From Candidatus Saccharimonadota bacterium (GTDB taxonomy: Bacteria > Patescibacteriota > Gracilibacteria > BD1-5 > UBA2023), in contig OY970170.1 of assembly GCA_963706795.1 (NCBI GenBank), forward strand, positions 240,001 to 272,000: DNA of 32,000 nucleotides, given 5' to 3'. Position 1 is the first letter of the stretch, and every line of letters starts with the position of its first letter. The notes under the pieces are model-generated. The model did not search any database and had not been told where the DNA came from. It was given only the letters and a program-made list of their open reading frames with translations. Below are positions 29,910-32,000 of this stretch, piece by piece. The translations under genes and the position numbers were made by a program.

Positions 29910-29984
29910 GGCGCTATCGTCTAACGGTTAGGACTCGGGATTCTCATTCCCGCAATCGGAGTTCGATTCTCCGTGGCGCTACCA
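29910..29984 (+). tRNA. tRNA-Glu (anticodon CUC), CCA encoded
   Basis: GGCGCTATCGTCTAACGGTTAGGACTCGGGATTCTCATTCCCGCAATCGGAGTTCGATTCTCCGTGGCGCTACCA has anticodon stem CGGGA/TCCCG, loop UU-CUC-AU, T-arm CGGAG/CTCCG and a Glu-type D-arm. The acceptor stem has G1-U72 and U6-G67 wobble pairs. Confidence 0.8.
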
Positions 29985-30000
29985 AGAAAAATCTCAAATA

Positions 30001-30034
30001 AAAAAATCACTCAGTTAACTGAGTGATTTTTTTG
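30001..30034. terminator. Bidirectional intrinsic terminator (rplK-tRNA-Glu unit on +, hxlR-like gene on -)
   Basis: AAAAAATCACTCAG pairs with CTGAGTGATTTTTT around a TTAA loop. Confidence 0.85.
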
Positions 30035-30089
30035 TTCTACTGCAGGTTCTAAGAAATAGAAAATAAACCCGATAAATCATGGAAAATAG

Positions 30090-30440
30090 CTAATTACTTG
30101 AGTCTTTATTTTCTAGATTCTCTAAGCCAAAAGAAGCTAATGCTTCCATAATTGGTAATGTATTTATACCAATCTTGGTCAGGCTATATTCTACTTTTGG
30201 AGGCACTTCTGGATAGGATTTTTTTGAAACGAAGCCATATTTTACTAAAGCATTGAGTTCTTGGATAAGCATTTTTTCACTGATACCAGGGATAGCTCTT
30301 TTAAGTTCACCAAAGCGTATAACTCTCTCATTTATTTGAAACAATATCAGGAGTGTCCACTTTCATCAAAGGAGTCTTAGCGTTCTTCGTATCGGACATC
30401 CTTCGTCTGAAGGTTTTATGATTTTTAAAAAAACTTCCAT
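30090..30440 (-). CDS. HxlR family winged-helix transcriptional regulator
   Basis: CPIRRTLRLL-GG-KWTLLIL...RFGELKRAIPGISEKMLIQELNALVKYGFVSKKSYPEVPPKVEYSLT is the HxlR signature. The GG of GGKW is encoded by two consecutive TGAs (30363-30368). The ATG is at 30438-30440 and the stop is TAG. Confidence 0.85.
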
Positions 30441-30467
30441 AATATTTCTTTTTACCCGTATAAAACT

Positions 30468-30498
30468 TACCTAAGAGTGAGGTACATACTTTTAGGTA
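30468..30498. promoter_or_regulatory. Inverted repeat in the hxlR / NTF2-like divergent intergenic region (candidate operator)
   Basis: TACCTAA (30468-30474) and TTAGGTA (30492-30498) form an inverted repeat, and the AGGTA/GGTAC motifs recur. Confidence 0.3.
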
Positions 30499-30644
30499 GG
30501 TACTTGTATAAAGGTAAGAAAACTATAGCATAAAGCAACTTTATAATTTAATAAAAATTACATTCCAAAATCTAGGTGTCTTATACACCTACGAATAACA
30601 CTTATATCCACTAGAACGTAACTATTTTTAATCTAAGAACCAAT

Positions 30645-31031
30645 ATGAAAGCAATAGAAGTAGTAGAAGCATATTCAATAGCCCTTTGAAAAGGAGATAT
30701 TCCTGCAGCATTCTCATATTTCAGTCATGATGCAAAATGGCATCAACCCTGAAATAATCAGTTTTCTGGAACAAAAGTAGGACTTGAGGCCATCGGAAAA
30801 ATGCTTGACGACATGATGAGAGTAACACAAGGTTCACTCGTTATTCACTCGATAGGAGCTATGATGGTAAATGATAATTTTGTTTCTTGTCCTGTTCGTT
30901 TTAGTGCTAAAAATGGCACTAAAACGATTGATATGAACGGAAGTGACTTGTATGAAGTTACGGAAGGAAAAATTGTTCAAGTATGGCTCTTTTCTGAAGA
31001 TCAAGACGCTGAAGATGAGTTTTGGAAATAA
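30645..31031 (+). CDS. SnoaL/NTF2-like fold protein
   Basis: ATG 30645. In-frame TGAs at 30687-30689 and 30750-30752 join to track ORF 30801-31031. MKAIEVVEAYSIAL-G-KGDIPAAFSYFSHDAKWHQP-G-... and the C-terminal ...YEVTEGKIVQVWLF are typical of the SnoaL-like family. Stop is TAA. Confidence 0.6.
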
Positions 31032-31075
31032 TCTACCAAAAAGATAAAAATATTTCTCACTCATAGAATCTCCTA

Positions 31076-31108
31076 TTAAAAAATCACCCATTAAATGGGT
31101 GATTTTTT
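31076..31108. terminator. Intrinsic terminator
   Basis: AAATCACCCA (31081-31090) pairs with TGGGTGATTT (31096-31105), flanked by A and T runs. Confidence 0.8.
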
Positions 31109-31223
31109 ATTTAAGCAAACCTATGCTACGAAGGACAAATATTCAGAATAAAGAATTTGACAATCCCCTTTATCTGGACATAAATCATACGTTGTTTCAA
31201 ATCAATCCAACAAGGAGAACGTA

Positions 31224-31640
31224 ATGATTGTCGGAATAATAGAAGGGCAAATAGACAGGATGCAATACTCTCATATTGCGGCTATCTACGACGAAAATGG
31301 GCGCTTCCCCCTAACTTGGGTGGGCGATTTCATGAGTGGGGGTTTTGGCATCCATACACCACTCGGTACTGTCTTCAGTGAGAAAGCTAAAAACTTTGTG
31401 AGAGAGCAAACACACCACACGATGGTGTGTTACCCAGCGAAACATGATGATATCAAAAAGATTACATCATGCCTCACGGAATGCTTAAATAAACTCGATA
31501 TTCCCGAAGGGGAAACTGTAGCCTTGCATATACCAATATGTCCAGGCGAGACCCCCGTCTTGAATCATTACCCATTCAGTCTCTTGGGCGCCATCGCGTG
31601 CTCCAATAAGTATGTGGTCGTCCATTATGGACGCTACTAA
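31224..31640 (+). CDS. Hypothetical protein (138 aa)
   Basis: ATG-to-TAA ORF preceded by AAGGAG 7 nt upstream and followed by a terminator. No motif recognised. Confidence 0.5.
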   Translation: MIVGIIEGQIDRMQYSHIAAIYDENGRFPLTWVGDFMSGGFGIHTPLGTVFSEKAKNFVREQTHHTMVCYPAKHDDIKKITSCLTECLNKLDIPEGETVALHIPICPGETPVLNHYPFSLLGAIACSNKYVVVHYGRY

Positions 31641-31651
31641 TGAATGAATTG

Positions 31652-31687
31652 AAAAACCCGAAGCATAATGCTTCGGGTTTATTTTTT
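31652..31687 (+). terminator. Intrinsic terminator
   Basis: AAAACCCGAAGC pairs with GCTTCGGGTTT, followed by ATTTTTT. Confidence 0.8.
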
Positions 31688-31736
31688 AGAGAAATAACAT
31701 TTGCATCCCTACAAAAATCTCCTATCATTAAACCAT

Positions 31737-32000
31737 ATGGTTGAACAATCACCCGCTACTGATCAGATATTCCATGCCCTTGCAGATGCGACGAGGCGGG
31801 ATATTTTGCGTCGGGCGATCGTGAGTCACCATACTATTTCGAGTCTTGCGAATGACTATGAAATGAGCTTCACTGCGGTAGCTAAGCATATAAATGTCCT
31901 TTGCAAAGCTGAACTCATCCGCAAATATAAGGTTGGTCGCGAACAAACGATCGAGGCGAATATCCAAAAGATTCAAGAAGTTTGAGCTATGCTTGACGCC
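31737..32000 (+). CDS. ArsR/SmtB family transcriptional regulator (partial; continues past window end through TGA 31983-31985)
   Basis: FHALADATRRDILRRAI...ISSLANDYEMSFTAVAKHINVLCKAELIRKYKVGRE is the ArsR winged-HTH signature. TTGCAT-16 nt-TATCAT (31701-31728) ends only 8 nt before the ATG, so the mRNA may be leaderless. Confidence 0.75.

Overview
This 32 kb chromosomal window only makes sense if UGA is read as glycine (translation table 25, known from Gracilibacteria and Absconditabacteria/SR1 within the CPR/Patescibacteria). About 50 in-frame TGAs sit inside clearly recognisable genes, often on invariant Gly residues. Every gene end I could place uses TAA or TAG. Re-read this way, the fragmented six-frame ORFs merge into about 45 intact genes.

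Gene content:
- Cell envelope: GT-B glycosyltransferase halves, an O-antigen-ligase-like protein, an FtsW/RodA protein, YggT, an LPXTG/FN3 surface protein, a type IV pilin and a LysM-CHAP hydrolase.
- Signalling: one degenerate-GGDEF/intact-EAL protein.
- rRNA: a 23S-5S operon with no adjacent 16S gene.
- Housekeeping: folD, rplU, tRNA-Gln, lemA with an htpX-like gene, dnaK with a CIRCE operator, dus, miaA, ruvB, rplK and tRNA-Glu.
- Regulators: HxlR and ArsR family.
- Several hypothetical proteins.

Nearly every transcription unit ends in an A-tract/hairpin/T-tract terminator. I found no CRISPR array, transposase, integrase or obvious prophage.

Observations most worth follow-up:
1. A 66-nt C-free tract carrying ten GGA motifs, preceded by a ~113-nt structured element and followed by an intrinsic terminator (23232-23470, minus). 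It is a candidate regulatory RNA.
2. Two GT-B glycosyltransferase halves in reversed order (C-half then N-half), in one frame and separated only by a sense UGA, at the left edge.
3. A Mrr-type nuclease domain fused to an HRDC domain.
4. A ~93-nt structured expansion at the 5' end of the 23S rRNA.
5. A small class of short genes with near-consensus promoters and perfect AAGGAG ribosome-binding sites, in a genome whose core genes lack such sites.

All product calls rest on motif recognition by eye. No database search was run.
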